Source: an uncultured Alphaproteobacteria bacterium (GTDB lineage: Bacteria > Pseudomonadota > Alphaproteobacteria > Rhodobacterales > Rhodobacteraceae). From it: a stretch of DNA of 64,000 bases. The stretch's first letter is position 1. Every line of letters begins with the position of its first letter. Location: positions 21,277 through 85,276 of the forward strand of contig CAWAPA010000014.1 in assembly GCA_963783595.1 (NCBI GenBank), given 5' to 3'. Shown piece by piece: positions 51,909 through 60,682 of the stretch. A program made the position numbers and the translations under genes. The notes under the pieces were generated by a model that saw only the letters and a list, made by a program, of their open reading frames with translations, was not told the DNA's origin and did no database searches.

Positions 51909-53285
51909 TCAGCGGAAAGCCAGAAGTTGCCCGTTCTTCGTGACAACATACAGAACCCCGCCCGCAAGTGCCGGCTGGCTCGCTGCACCGCCCGGCAAGG
52001 CAACAACGCCAAGCGATGCCCCATTGGTCGGATCAAAGAACCGCAAGGCCCCGTCACCCGATGCCACCACAAGCCGCCCACCCGCCAGAACCGGGCCGTA
52101 GTGCGGCACAATGGCTTCACGCTTGCGCACCTTTTCAGCCTCGAAGTACGGCATCTGCGCCGTCCAGATCGTGGCCCCGGTTGCCTGATCCAGCCGCACC
52201 AGCAGGCCCTCGTCATTCACCATGAACACCGACCCGCCCGTCACCAGCAATGGCCCGACCGCGCCCTCGTTTGCCGCCCAGACCTGCGTGCCCCCGGACG
52301 TTGACAGTGCGAGCGTGCGCCCCGCCGACGTGCCAACGTAGATTGTGCCACCGACGATCACCGGGTCGCCCGTCACATCGCCCAAGGCGGCATAGGCCCG
52401 GCCCAGCCGCTGGCCCGCAACAGGTGCGCTCCAGACTTGGGTGCCGCCTGCCTTCAGAACCGATGTCAACACACCGCTGGCGAACGGAAAGACGACCGCG
52501 CGGTCATCAACGCCCGGCGCGGCCGCACTCAGTGCCCCCACGGCCGAGGGCAGACCCGCCACCGTCCAGTTAACGGTGCCATCGGCAGCCGCAATCGACC
52601 ACGACGATCCGTCACGCCCGGCAACAAAAACATCCGTGCCATCTGTGGCCGGTGCACCCGTGAAAGACACATCCAACCGCTGTCGCCACGCAACGGCGCC
52701 GGTTGCCGGGTCAAAGGCCACGACCTCGCCGTAAGGGGTGGTCGCAAACAAGCGGCCCGCACCATAGGCCAGACCGCCGCCCGAAATGTCGCCACCCCGG
52801 TCGAAACCGGCCATCAGGTCGAATGCCCAGATACGGCCGCCATTGGTTGCTGTCGCGACCAATTGCGATGCTGCGTCAATCGTGAAAACCCGTCCATCTG
52901 CAACCACGGGGGATGCCGAAATCCGGGCGCGGCGGCTGTTGCCAGCGCCGATATTCGCCGCGAAGATTAGCTGCGGATTGGCCGAAAAACTGCCATGCGG
53001 CTGCTGGTGCCGCTCCGTTGCGCCCCGGTGCGTCCAATCCGCATTGGCGCTGGCCCCCGGCAGGGAAATCGGCACGGACTGGCTTTCCGGGCGATCCGCA
53101 GGTGCCACAGGCGCGGGCTCGCCCTCCACCGGCAGCGATGCTGCAAGATCGGCGCGCACGGGAAACCGTTCGCCCTGCAGGATGACCTCTTTTTCGGCAC
53201 AAGCCGCAAGCGTCAGGATCAGGGCAAGGCCTGTCAGTTGAACCTTCACGGCTATTACCCCCACCCGTGTCACTCCCACCGGCAT
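51909..53285 (-). CDS. PQQ-like beta-propeller lipoprotein (BamB-like)
   Basis: Lipobox LILTLAAC and repeated propeller blades. Lies between the yfgM-like gene and der, as in enterobacterial yfgM-bamB-der. The start is ambiguous (53288, 53285 or 53249). Confidence 0.7.
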   Translation of the reverse strand: MPVGVTRVGVIAVKVQLTGLALILTLAACAEKEVILQGERFPVRADLAASLPVEGEPAPVAPADRPESQSVPISLPGASANADWTHRGATERHQQPHGSFSANPQLIFAANIGAGNSRRARISASPVVADGRVFTIDAASQLVATATNGGRIWAFDLMAGFDRGGDISGGGLAYGAGRLFATTPYGEVVAFDPATGAVAWRQRLDVSFTGAPATDGTDVFVAGRDGSSWSIAAADGTVNWTVAGLPSAVGALSAAAPGVDDRAVVFPFASGVLTSVLKAGGTQVWSAPVAGQRLGRAYAALGDVTGDPVIVGGTIYVGTSAGRTLALSTSGGTQVWAANEGAVGPLLVTGGSVFMVNDEGLLVRLDQATGATIWTAQMPYFEAEKVRKREAIVPHYGPVLAGGRLVVASGDGALRFFDPTNGASLGVVALPGGAASQPALAGGVLYVVTKNGQLLAFR

Positions 53286-53947
53286 CACCCTTGTGAACTT
53301 GCTTCAGGCAGCGCACCACCCAAGGCCACGATCATCTGTTCCGCACGACGACGCAACCCCGTGCTTGCATCCTGGTCCTGCAAAAGTGCGGTCAGTGCCG
53401 TGATCGCGTCATCTGTCTTGCCTTCTTCGATCAGAAGGATGGCCAGTTGCTCCAACGCCAGCGCCCGGTAGGGCCGCCCTGCCACTGCGATCCCGTCAAG
53501 CGCCGCGCGGCGCTCGGTCAGGGGCATGTCAGTCCCAGCCACAATCACCCGGCGCAGCACTGCAAGGTCGCGGTAGATTGGCGCAAGCTGGGCATTTTCG
53601 GCCACACTATTCAGCGCTGCCAGCGTTCCCGCCCGGTCACTTTCTGGGTCGGTCGACAACATCAGGCCCAATAGCCCCGCCTGCTCGTCCGTCGTGGGAA
53701 CGTCTTTCAATGCAGCGATCCGCTCCTCGGCAGCGCCAAGGTCAAGCGCGTCCGTGACGGCATCACCAAACGCTTGCGCCCGGTTTTCAGTCTGGGTCTG
53801 TTGCCACTGGGTCCAGGCAGTGCCGCCGACAATGCCCAGTACAGCCACAACACCGATCCATCCATATTTGCGGAACATCGCAAAAAGTTTGTCGCGGCGG
53901 ACCTCTTCGGTCACCTCATCGATGAAACTTTCGTTATTGCTCACCAA
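53285..53947 (-). CDS. YfgM-like membrane-anchored TPR protein
   Basis: N-terminus FIDEVTEEVRRDKLFAMFRKYGWIGVVAVLGIV followed by a helical-repeat C-terminus. Confidence 0.65.
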   Translation of the reverse strand: MVSNNESFIDEVTEEVRRDKLFAMFRKYGWIGVVAVLGIVGGTAWTQWQQTQTENRAQAFGDAVTDALDLGAAEERIAALKDVPTTDEQAGLLGLMLSTDPESDRAGTLAALNSVAENAQLAPIYRDLAVLRRVIVAGTDMPLTERRAALDGIAVAGRPYRALALEQLAILLIEEGKTDDAITALTALLQDQDASTGLRRRAEQMIVALGGALPEASSQG

Positions 53948-54021
53948 GCATCTCCATGCAGTTGCCCTGTCTTACACGCTTGGCCAAGGTTTTGCCAAGG
54001 GCCGCTGCCAACAGACTGCGT

Positions 54022-55923
54022 CTACAGCAAACTTGCAGGCGCAAATCTTGCATTTTCAGCGTCGACTGCATCCATTCCTTTTCCGTCCCGCGATGGATCG
54101 TCTCCCGTCGGGTCGTCATCATCCTGCGTTTGGCGGGCCCACATCGCGGCATAGCGGCCGCCATTGGCGATCAACGCATCATGCCGCCCTTCCTCGATGA
54201 CAAAGCCATCTTCCAACACGACAATGCGGTCGGAGTTTGCAATCGTCGACAGTCGATGCGCAATCGTGATGACGGTGCGCCCTTGGCCCATATCGCGCAG
54301 GCTGTCCTGAATACTGGCTTCAGTCTGGCTGTCCAGCGCGCTTGTCGCCTCGTCCAGAAGCAGGATCGCGGGGTCTTTCAATAAAGTGCGCGCGATCCCC
54401 ACGCGTTGCTTTTCACCGCCCGAAAGCTTCAATCCACGCTCACCCACAGTGGTGTCATACCCATCGGGTAGACGCATGATGAAGTCGTGGATGCGCGCCG
54501 CGCGCGCCGCGCCTTCAACTTCTGCCTGCGTGGCCCCGTCTTTGCCATAAGCGATATTGTAGCGGATCGTGTCGTTGAACAGCACCGTATCCTGCGGCAC
54601 CACACCGATGGCTGCATGCAGGCTTTCTTGGGTGACATCGCGAATGTCTTGCCCGTCAATCAGCACCGTGCCGCCGGTTACATCGTAAAAGCGGAACAAC
54701 AGTCGCCCGATCGTCGACTTGCCAGATCCCGAAGGGCCCACCAGCGCTACCTTTTCCCCTGCCCCGACCTTGATCGTGACGCCCTTCAGGATCACGCGTT
54801 CCGGTTCATAGGCAAAAGTAACGGCATCAAACGCAACGGCTCCGCCGCCAATACGCAATGCGGGGGCACCTGGCCTGTCCAAGACTTCGGCGGGTTGGCC
54901 CAACAGGCCGAACATCTCGCCCATATCGACAAGCGCCTGCCGGATTTCGCGGTAGACCGTACCCAGAAAACCCAGCGGCAGCGTGATCTGGATCATGTAC
55001 GCATTGACCATAACAAAATCGCCGACCGTCAGCACCCCGCGTTGCACACCAATTGCTGCCATGACCATCACAACTACAAGCCCTGTCGTGATGATGAAGG
55101 ATTGCCCCATGTTCAGGAAAGAAAGGCTTAGCCCGGTCTTGACCGCCGCAACCTCATACCGCGCCATAGCGCTGTCGTAACGTGCGGCCTCGCGTCCTTC
55201 TGCGCCAAAATACTTGACCGTCTCAAAATTCAGAAGACTGTCGATCGCCTTCTGGTTGGCGTCTGTGTCCTGATCATTCATCTCACGCCGGATTTTCACC
55301 CGCCATTCGGTCACACGAAAGGTAAATGTCACATAAAGCACGATTGTTACCATCACGACGACTGAATAAATCCAGCCGAACAGCACGGCGAAGATCACCG
55401 TGACCATCGTCAACTCAACAATCAAAGGGCCGATGGAAAACAGCAAGAACCGCAAAAGGAAATCGACGCCCTTCACGCCGCGTTCGATAATCCGGCTGAG
55501 CCCTCCGGTCTTGCGCGTGATGTGATAGCGCATCGACAGTCGGTGAATGTGAGTAAACGTCTCAAGTGCCAGCCGACGCAAAGCCCGCTGACCAACGCGC
55601 ACGAAAACCGCATCGCGGGCTTCATTGAACAGGACCACGCCGATCCGCGCGACGCCGTATGCGACTGTCAGCCCTACTGCTGTCAGCATCATTGCCATTG
55701 CTACAGTCGGTTCCTTGCCGCCAAGCGCATCGACTGCCAGCTTGTAGATGTAGGGCGTTGTGACCGACACGATCTTGCCGCATGCCAGCAGAACCAGCGC
55801 AATCACGACGCGCCGCTTGATCCATGCCTGCCCGTCCGGCCACAGGTAAGGCCCGACGCGGCGCACAGTGTGCCACGATGTTGCAGAGTTCGAACGGGAT
55901 TTAACAGTCATCATTTGCCTCAT
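54022..55923 (-). CDS. ABC transporter, fused permease/ATPase (ABCB, Atm1-type exporter)
   Basis: Six-TM domain, then Walker A (GPSGSGKST), signature LSGGEKQR and Walker B (LLLDEATSALD). Start chosen to avoid overlapping the divergent arsR-family gene. Confidence 0.8.
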   Translation of the reverse strand: MRQMMTVKSRSNSATSWHTVRRVGPYLWPDGQAWIKRRVVIALVLLACGKIVSVTTPYIYKLAVDALGGKEPTVAMAMMLTAVGLTVAYGVARIGVVLFNEARDAVFVRVGQRALRRLALETFTHIHRLSMRYHITRKTGGLSRIIERGVKGVDFLLRFLLFSIGPLIVELTMVTVIFAVLFGWIYSVVVMVTIVLYVTFTFRVTEWRVKIRREMNDQDTDANQKAIDSLLNFETVKYFGAEGREAARYDSAMARYEVAAVKTGLSLSFLNMGQSFIITTGLVVVMVMAAIGVQRGVLTVGDFVMVNAYMIQITLPLGFLGTVYREIRQALVDMGEMFGLLGQPAEVLDRPGAPALRIGGGAVAFDAVTFAYEPERVILKGVTIKVGAGEKVALVGPSGSGKSTIGRLLFRFYDVTGGTVLIDGQDIRDVTQESLHAAIGVVPQDTVLFNDTIRYNIAYGKDGATQAEVEGAARAARIHDFIMRLPDGYDTTVGERGLKLSGGEKQRVGIARTLLKDPAILLLDEATSALDSQTEASIQDSLRDMGQGRTVITIAHRLSTIANSDRIVVLEDGFVIEEGRHDALIANGGRYAAMWARQTQDDDDPTGDDPSRDGKGMDAVDAENARFAPASLL

Positions 55924-56003
55924 GGCAAACGCAGGGCCAAGGCGGTTGCTCGTGGCATGCGTTTCGGCTAGGGTCATTTCAACAATTCTTGAGTAGTTGA
56001 AGG

Positions 56004-56375
56004 ATGGACCAGAGTAAAGCCCTTGCCGCCCTGCAGGCACTTGCCAATGCCCAGCGTCTGATGCTGGTGCGTCACTTGATGCCCGCCGGGGATCGGGGCT
56101 TTCCGGCAGGCCAGATCGCGCAGGCGCTTGGCCTGTCTGCATCAGGGCTGTCATTCCACCTCGCCGCGATGACAGCATCCGGCCTCATTCGCGCGCGCCG
56201 CGAAGGACGCAACGTGTTTTATGCCGTTGATCGCGTAATGATCGGCGGTTTGCTGGGGCATTTGTTGAATGATTGCTGTCTAGGTGACAGCACGGTGCGC
56301 AACTGCTGTGCCACGCACCGGGAGTTGGTTGTTCCTTACGGCCCCGAAGACGCGGTCATTCCTGCGGCAACGTGA
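56004..56375 (+). CDS. ArsR/SmtB family transcriptional regulator
   Basis: HTH segment LANAQRLMLVRHL...AGQIAQALGLSASGLSFHLAAM...R.EGRNVFY. Divergent from the ABC exporter. Confidence 0.8.
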   Translation: MDQSKALAALQALANAQRLMLVRHLMPAGDRGFPAGQIAQALGLSASGLSFHLAAMTASGLIRARREGRNVFYAVDRVMIGGLLGHLLNDCCLGDSTVRNCCATHRELVVPYGPEDAVIPAAT

Positions 56376-57798
56376 ACACCTGCCCTGGATAGATCAGGTC
56401 TGGATCCTTGATGCTGTCGCGATTTGCCTCGAACACTTGGACATACATCGTGCCTTCGCCGAACTGTTCTGTTGCAATTCCCCAGAGCGTAAAGCCCGGC
56501 TGCACCGTTACAGTGACGGCAGCTTTCACGGAGTTGCCCGCAACGGGGATGGCGACGACACCGGCCGCAGGATTGGCCGTGGCAACATCGTCCGTGAGAG
56601 CAGGCGCAGCAGGCTCCTCCACCAAGGCCAGATCCGGCGTTGTTGCAGCCAGTTCAGGCGCGGACGCATCGGGGACGGATTTCGCCACATCATCCGGCAG
56701 GTTTGCAACGTCTGACGGCGCAGGCAAGACCGGGTCTGATACAGTCTCGGGTTCAGTTGATGCAAAAGGCTCTGGAGATGGCGAGGATGCCTCGGGTGGT
56801 GACGGCGGCAAAGGTTGCGGCGCATTGCTCGCTGCGGCCAAGGCTTGCAGCGTTTCGCGCTTGAATGGGGTTTCGAACCGGGCAGCGACATTGCCTTCGG
56901 CAGAAATCTGGTCAATGCGCAGCGTGTAGATGCCGGGTACCGTTTCCGGCAAGGTCACTGCCCATTTGCCATCTGCGCCAACAGCCGCATCCATCACTGG
57001 AGCATTGTCGAGATAGATGCGCAGGTCGGCATCGCCTTGCCCTCGCCCCGACAATTGCACCGCGCCATCCGGTGCATAGGCAATTGTATCGAGTATGACA
57101 GAAACCGTTTCACCAACCACAACCGGGGATGTTCCCTGAACAACCTCCACACCTTCATCCGACAGCACGATTGCTGCTGGCGGCGCGGGTTGTGCAGTGG
57201 CCGTCTCTGGCACGCTGGCCGCAATTGGGGCCACAGCCACCGTGTTGCTTGCCGCAATTTCAGTGCCATCCGCAAGGATTGCAACCATGTGCAACAGACG
57301 AGGCGCGGGATTTGGTGGTATGGTGAATTGTGCGACAAAGGCCCCGTCCCTCCCCGCCTGCACTCGCACTTCTTCCACACCATCCAGCCGCAATGAGACC
57401 CGCGCATCCGCTGGCGCCGTTCCCGCAACAAGGGCAGTCCCATCGCCTTCGATTCGCACAACATCAAATGTAGGCGCTGCTGGGGTAGGTGGTTGATCAA
57501 CAGGCGGGACTGCAGCTGGCGATTTAACCGCAACGCTTTCGGTAGTGTCCAGCGGCGGCGCAGAAGGTGCAGCAGCAGCGGGCGTATCCGGTTCGGTTGC
57601 GGCTGGCTCGGGTGCGATCTGGTCTGGTGCGGTAACTTCGATTGCGACAGGTTCAGGGGCAGATGTCGCAACGCCTGATGCGATGTCTGCAGCCGGCGGA
57701 ACCTGACTTCGTTGCCAGATCACATAACTGCCGATTCCGGCCGCGACGACCAATCCCAGCAATGCCACCCGCATGCCGCTCACCGTACCGTCTGCCAT
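56356..57798 (-). CDS. LysM peptidoglycan-binding domain protein with N-terminal anchor and Pro/Ala-rich spacers
   Basis: C-terminal LysM (VTVQPGFTLWGIATEQFGEGTMYVQVFEANRDSIKDPDLIYPGQVFTLP) and one N-terminal TM helix. Confidence 0.75.
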   Translation of the reverse strand: MADGTVSGMRVALLGLVVAAGIGSYVIWQRSQVPPAADIASGVATSAPEPVAIEVTAPDQIAPEPAATEPDTPAAAAPSAPPLDTTESVAVKSPAAVPPVDQPPTPAAPTFDVVRIEGDGTALVAGTAPADARVSLRLDGVEEVRVQAGRDGAFVAQFTIPPNPAPRLLHMVAILADGTEIAASNTVAVAPIAASVPETATAQPAPPAAIVLSDEGVEVVQGTSPVVVGETVSVILDTIAYAPDGAVQLSGRGQGDADLRIYLDNAPVMDAAVGADGKWAVTLPETVPGIYTLRIDQISAEGNVAARFETPFKRETLQALAAASNAPQPLPPSPPEASSPSPEPFASTEPETVSDPVLPAPSDVANLPDDVAKSVPDASAPELAATTPDLALVEEPAAPALTDDVATANPAAGVVAIPVAGNSVKAAVTVTVQPGFTLWGIATEQFGEGTMYVQVFEANRDSIKDPDLIYPGQVFTLPQE

Positions 57799-57915
57799 GA
57801 CTATTCCCCAACCCTGCGCCGCAGCCGTTACCCAACTGTTCGGCGACCTTGTTCTTCACCACAAAAGGCCGATATGACCCGTTGACGCAACTTTTTTCAG
57901 ACGAGTTCCGCAACC

Positions 57916-58473
57916 ATGATCACCCAGCAATCCGTTTGTGTCTTTTGCGGATCACGCCCCGGCAACGATCCCGCATTTGTTATCGCCGCGCAACAAACTG
58001 GACGGATGCTTGCCACGCGTGACTGGCGCTTGGTCTACGGCGCAGGCGACGTTGGCCTGATGGGCGAAGTTGCGCGCGCGGCCCAGGCGGCAGGCGGGCG
58101 CACTTTTGGCGTGATCCCAATTCACCTGCTGGGAAGAGAGGTCGGCAAGCGCGACCTGTCGACCTTCGTCATCACCGAGGACATGCACGAGCGGAAAAAA
58201 GTAATGTTCATGAACTGTGATGCGATCGTCGTGTTGCCCGGAGGGGCTGGATCACTTGATGAATTTTTCGAAGTTGTCACATGGGCGCAGATCGGGCTGC
58301 ACCGCAAACCGATTTTTCTGGTCAATATCGCGGGATACTGGAAACCATTACTTGATCTGATTGACCACATGATCGCCAATGGGTTTGCCGATCCGTCGCT
58401 GCGAAGTCTTTTCCGCAGCGTGTCCGACATCAATTCGTTGGAAGGCACCTTGGATGAGGTTTTTAGCAACTGA
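57916..58473 (+). CDS. LOG family protein (TIGR00730; nucleotide 5'-monophosphate nucleosidase)
   Basis: Motifs VYGAGDVGLMG and PGGAGSLDEFFE. Confidence 0.85.
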   Translation: MITQQSVCVFCGSRPGNDPAFVIAAQQTGRMLATRDWRLVYGAGDVGLMGEVARAAQAAGGRTFGVIPIHLLGREVGKRDLSTFVITEDMHERKKVMFMNCDAIVVLPGGAGSLDEFFEVVTWAQIGLHRKPIFLVNIAGYWKPLLDLIDHMIANGFADPSLRSLFRSVSDINSLEGTLDEVFSN

Positions 58474-58680
58474 TCAGGGTGTGATCTCAACTGGCACGGG
58501 GATGCGTTCAACCCTGTATCGGGCCTACCGAAACATGCGACCATGCCTGTCTCACCCGGCAATCGAAACGTGCCGACGGCCAGAAATGCTCCTCCGGTAT
58601 CAATCAGTTGCATCCGCGATCAACGCCTGCACCGACTTGGGCAAGTCAATCACCGCGCGATCGGAGAAATGCATGGTGCC

Positions 58681-58875
58681 TCACAGATGTGAAACACGGA
58701 CCTCCGGCGTGGTGATCTGCCACAAACGTCCGCGGCCGTTTACGATCTTTTCACCTTTCACGGACAGATCGACCAGCGCTGCTGAAGAGATCACAGTCGG
58801 GTCAATGACAACCTTTGAAACAGCACATGCTTCCGCAGTGAACCAATCCTGTGCGGTCGCGGGACAAGTAAACAT
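58681..58875 (-). CDS. hypothetical small protein (weak call)
   Basis: 64-codon ORF starting MFTCPATAQDW, downstream of the sodB terminator. No family recognised and no clear SD. Confidence 0.2.
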   Translation of the reverse strand: MFTCPATAQDWFTAEACAVSKVVIDPTVISSAALVDLSVKGEKIVNGRGRLWQITTPEVRVSHL

Positions 58876-58887
58876 CTTAATCGCCGC

Positions 58888-58920
58888 AAAAATAAACCCG
58901 CCAGCCCAAAGGCTGGCGGG
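58888..58920 (-). terminator. intrinsic terminator of sodB
   Basis: 10-bp stem CCCGCCAGCC/GGCTGGCGGG (58897-58920), followed on the minus strand by TTTATTTTT. Confidence 0.75.
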
Positions 58921-58946
58921 TCGATCAGAAATTTTCTTGGCCGATG

Positions 58947-59549
58947 TCACATGCGGGCCGCGACGGCTTCCCAGTTGACCAATTTGTCGAGAAAGTTGGT
59001 CAGATAGGCCGGGCGCTTGTTGCGAAAGTCGATGTAATAGGAATGTTCCCAAACATCACAGCCCAGCAGCGCTGTTTGTCCGAAACACAGTGGATTTACC
59101 CCATTTTCTGTTTTGGTCACCTTAAGAGCGCCACCTGCATCGCGCACCAACCAAGCCCAACCTGACCCAAATTGCCCAGCACCTGCTGCAGAGAAATCTT
59201 CCTTGAACTTCGCAACAGACCCAAAGCTTTCAATCAGCGCCTTTTCGAGTGCGCCCGGCATTTTCTTGTCGTCCCCCGGCCCCATCACTTCCCAAAACAG
59301 TGCATGGTTCCAATGCTGGCTGGCATTGTTGAAAATGCCGTTCTGCGCGACGGCGGTCTTGTTGTAGGTACCCACAACGATGTCTTCTACAGACTTCTGT
59401 TCCCATTCAGTGCCAGCTATCAACTTGTTGCCATTGTCGACATAGGCTTTGTGATGGATGTCGTGATGATACTCGAATGTCTCTTTGGACATCCCCAGCC
59501 CTGCAAGCGCATCGTGGGCGTAGGGCAGATCAGGAAGGGTAAAGGCCAT
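58947..59549 (-). CDS. sodB: Fe/Mn superoxide dismutase
   Basis: 200 aa (MAFTLPDLPYAHDAL...HHDIHHKAY...DVWEHSYY). AAGGAG SD before the start. Confidence 0.9.
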   Translation of the reverse strand: MAFTLPDLPYAHDALAGLGMSKETFEYHHDIHHKAYVDNGNKLIAGTEWEQKSVEDIVVGTYNKTAVAQNGIFNNASQHWNHALFWEVMGPGDDKKMPGALEKALIESFGSVAKFKEDFSAAGAGQFGSGWAWLVRDAGGALKVTKTENGVNPLCFGQTALLGCDVWEHSYYIDFRNKRPAYLTNFLDKLVNWEAVAARM

Positions 59550-59655
59550 GACAGGCTCCTTTTGATTGCGGGTATGTTGGAGTGCAAACTGTGGATCGAC
59601 CACGCAGAGGTCAACCCCTTGTTTCAGGGAACGGCGCAAAGGGCAAAAAGTTCCA

Positions 59656-60054
59656 CTATTGGACCGTGCAAGTGCCTTGGCTGTTGAACCGGTTGTCATA
59701 CGCTGGCGGCTGCGCTGTGATGTGGATGCCATTGTCGGCTTTGTTGATCGTCGCCCGAAACAAAAGCGTGGGGATATTGCGATACTCGGTGTTGTTCGAC
59801 GAATTGATCCGCCACTTGATGGTATACCTGTTCGCCGTTTCCCTTGCGATCTCTGCCACAATTGGACCGCCGGTCGTGCCTGCGATCAGCCGGTCGTTGA
59901 CGATTGCGGTTCCCGCCGCCGAGTTGATGCTGAACACGAACTGGTTTGAAATCGCACTGACGCCAAGTTCGGTATTCATGTTGCACACAAGGATCTGCTG
60001 GCCTTGTGCCGCGCCAAGCGACCCTACCAACACCGCCACCGCCATTCTAAACAC
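59656..60054 (-). CDS. hypothetical secreted protein
   Basis: 132 aa with a signal-like N-terminus (MFRMAVAVLVGSLGAAQG). Visibly lower GC than the neighbouring genes. No family recognised. Confidence 0.45.
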   Translation of the reverse strand: MFRMAVAVLVGSLGAAQGQQILVCNMNTELGVSAISNQFVFSINSAAGTAIVNDRLIAGTTGGPIVAEIARETANRYTIKWRINSSNNTEYRNIPTLLFRATINKADNGIHITAQPPAYDNRFNSQGTCTVQ

Positions 60055-60124
60055 ATCACACCCTTGAATTCATTCGCTCTTGGCTGAACGTATCGAATTG
60101 TCCCAATCCGTCAATGCGACCTAT

Positions 60125-60682
60125 TCAGCGCAGACCGAGCCCGGAATTCGGCTGCGCGCTATGGGTCAGCAACCCCATGACATAGTCCGCAACAGAGCGG
60201 AAACACACAAGTGTAAAGCCGTTGTCCTGTGCCCAAAACGCCGCCGCGACCTGCGCTGCCCGGCTGCGTCGCAATTCGCCCGGCTCAAGCCGCGCCACAT
60301 CGGCGGGGGTCAGCTTCATCAGCACCTCAACCGCGTCGGGGCCTTCAATGCGGAACACGGCGCGCGCATCGGAAACATCCACCGCGAGATGATGTTCATC
60401 CGCCAACACCTTGGCGATCTTTGATAAAGTGATCGCCACCTGTGCATAAGGCAGCACCAGCAACACCTCATCCGGGGCCATCCAACCGGCGGCAAATGCC
60501 CCGTCATGAACGATCCGCCCCATGCCCGGCATCGCCACGCCCACGGCGGTCTTGATCGCCTTGGGCAGAGCTTTCACATCATGCTTGCACCGCAGGCTTA
60601 TCATCCCCAAAGGACCGACTTCGCGAACCTGCGCAAAGCCGTCAAAGGCCGCGCCGCCAAGTGCACTGACAGGATCAGACAT
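60125..60682 (-). CDS. soxG: sarcosine oxidase subunit gamma
   Basis: 185 aa directly after soxA with an 8-nt overlap. SoxG-like length and pattern. Confidence 0.7.
   Translation of the reverse strand: MSDPVSALGGAAFDGFAQVREVGPLGMISLRCKHDVKALPKAIKTAVGVAMPGMGRIVHDGAFAAGWMAPDEVLLVLPYAQVAITLSKIAKVLADEHHLAVDVSDARAVFRIEGPDAVEVLMKLTPADVARLEPGELRRSRAAQVAAAFWAQDNGFTLVCFRSVADYVMGLLTHSAQPNSGLGLR

Noticed and set aside
58122-58613. 163-aa minus-strand ORF overlapping the 3' half of the LOG gene.
   Set aside because: It is antisense to a gene with clear LOG motifs and I recognised no motifs of its own. Only its first ~45 codons lie outside the LOG gene.
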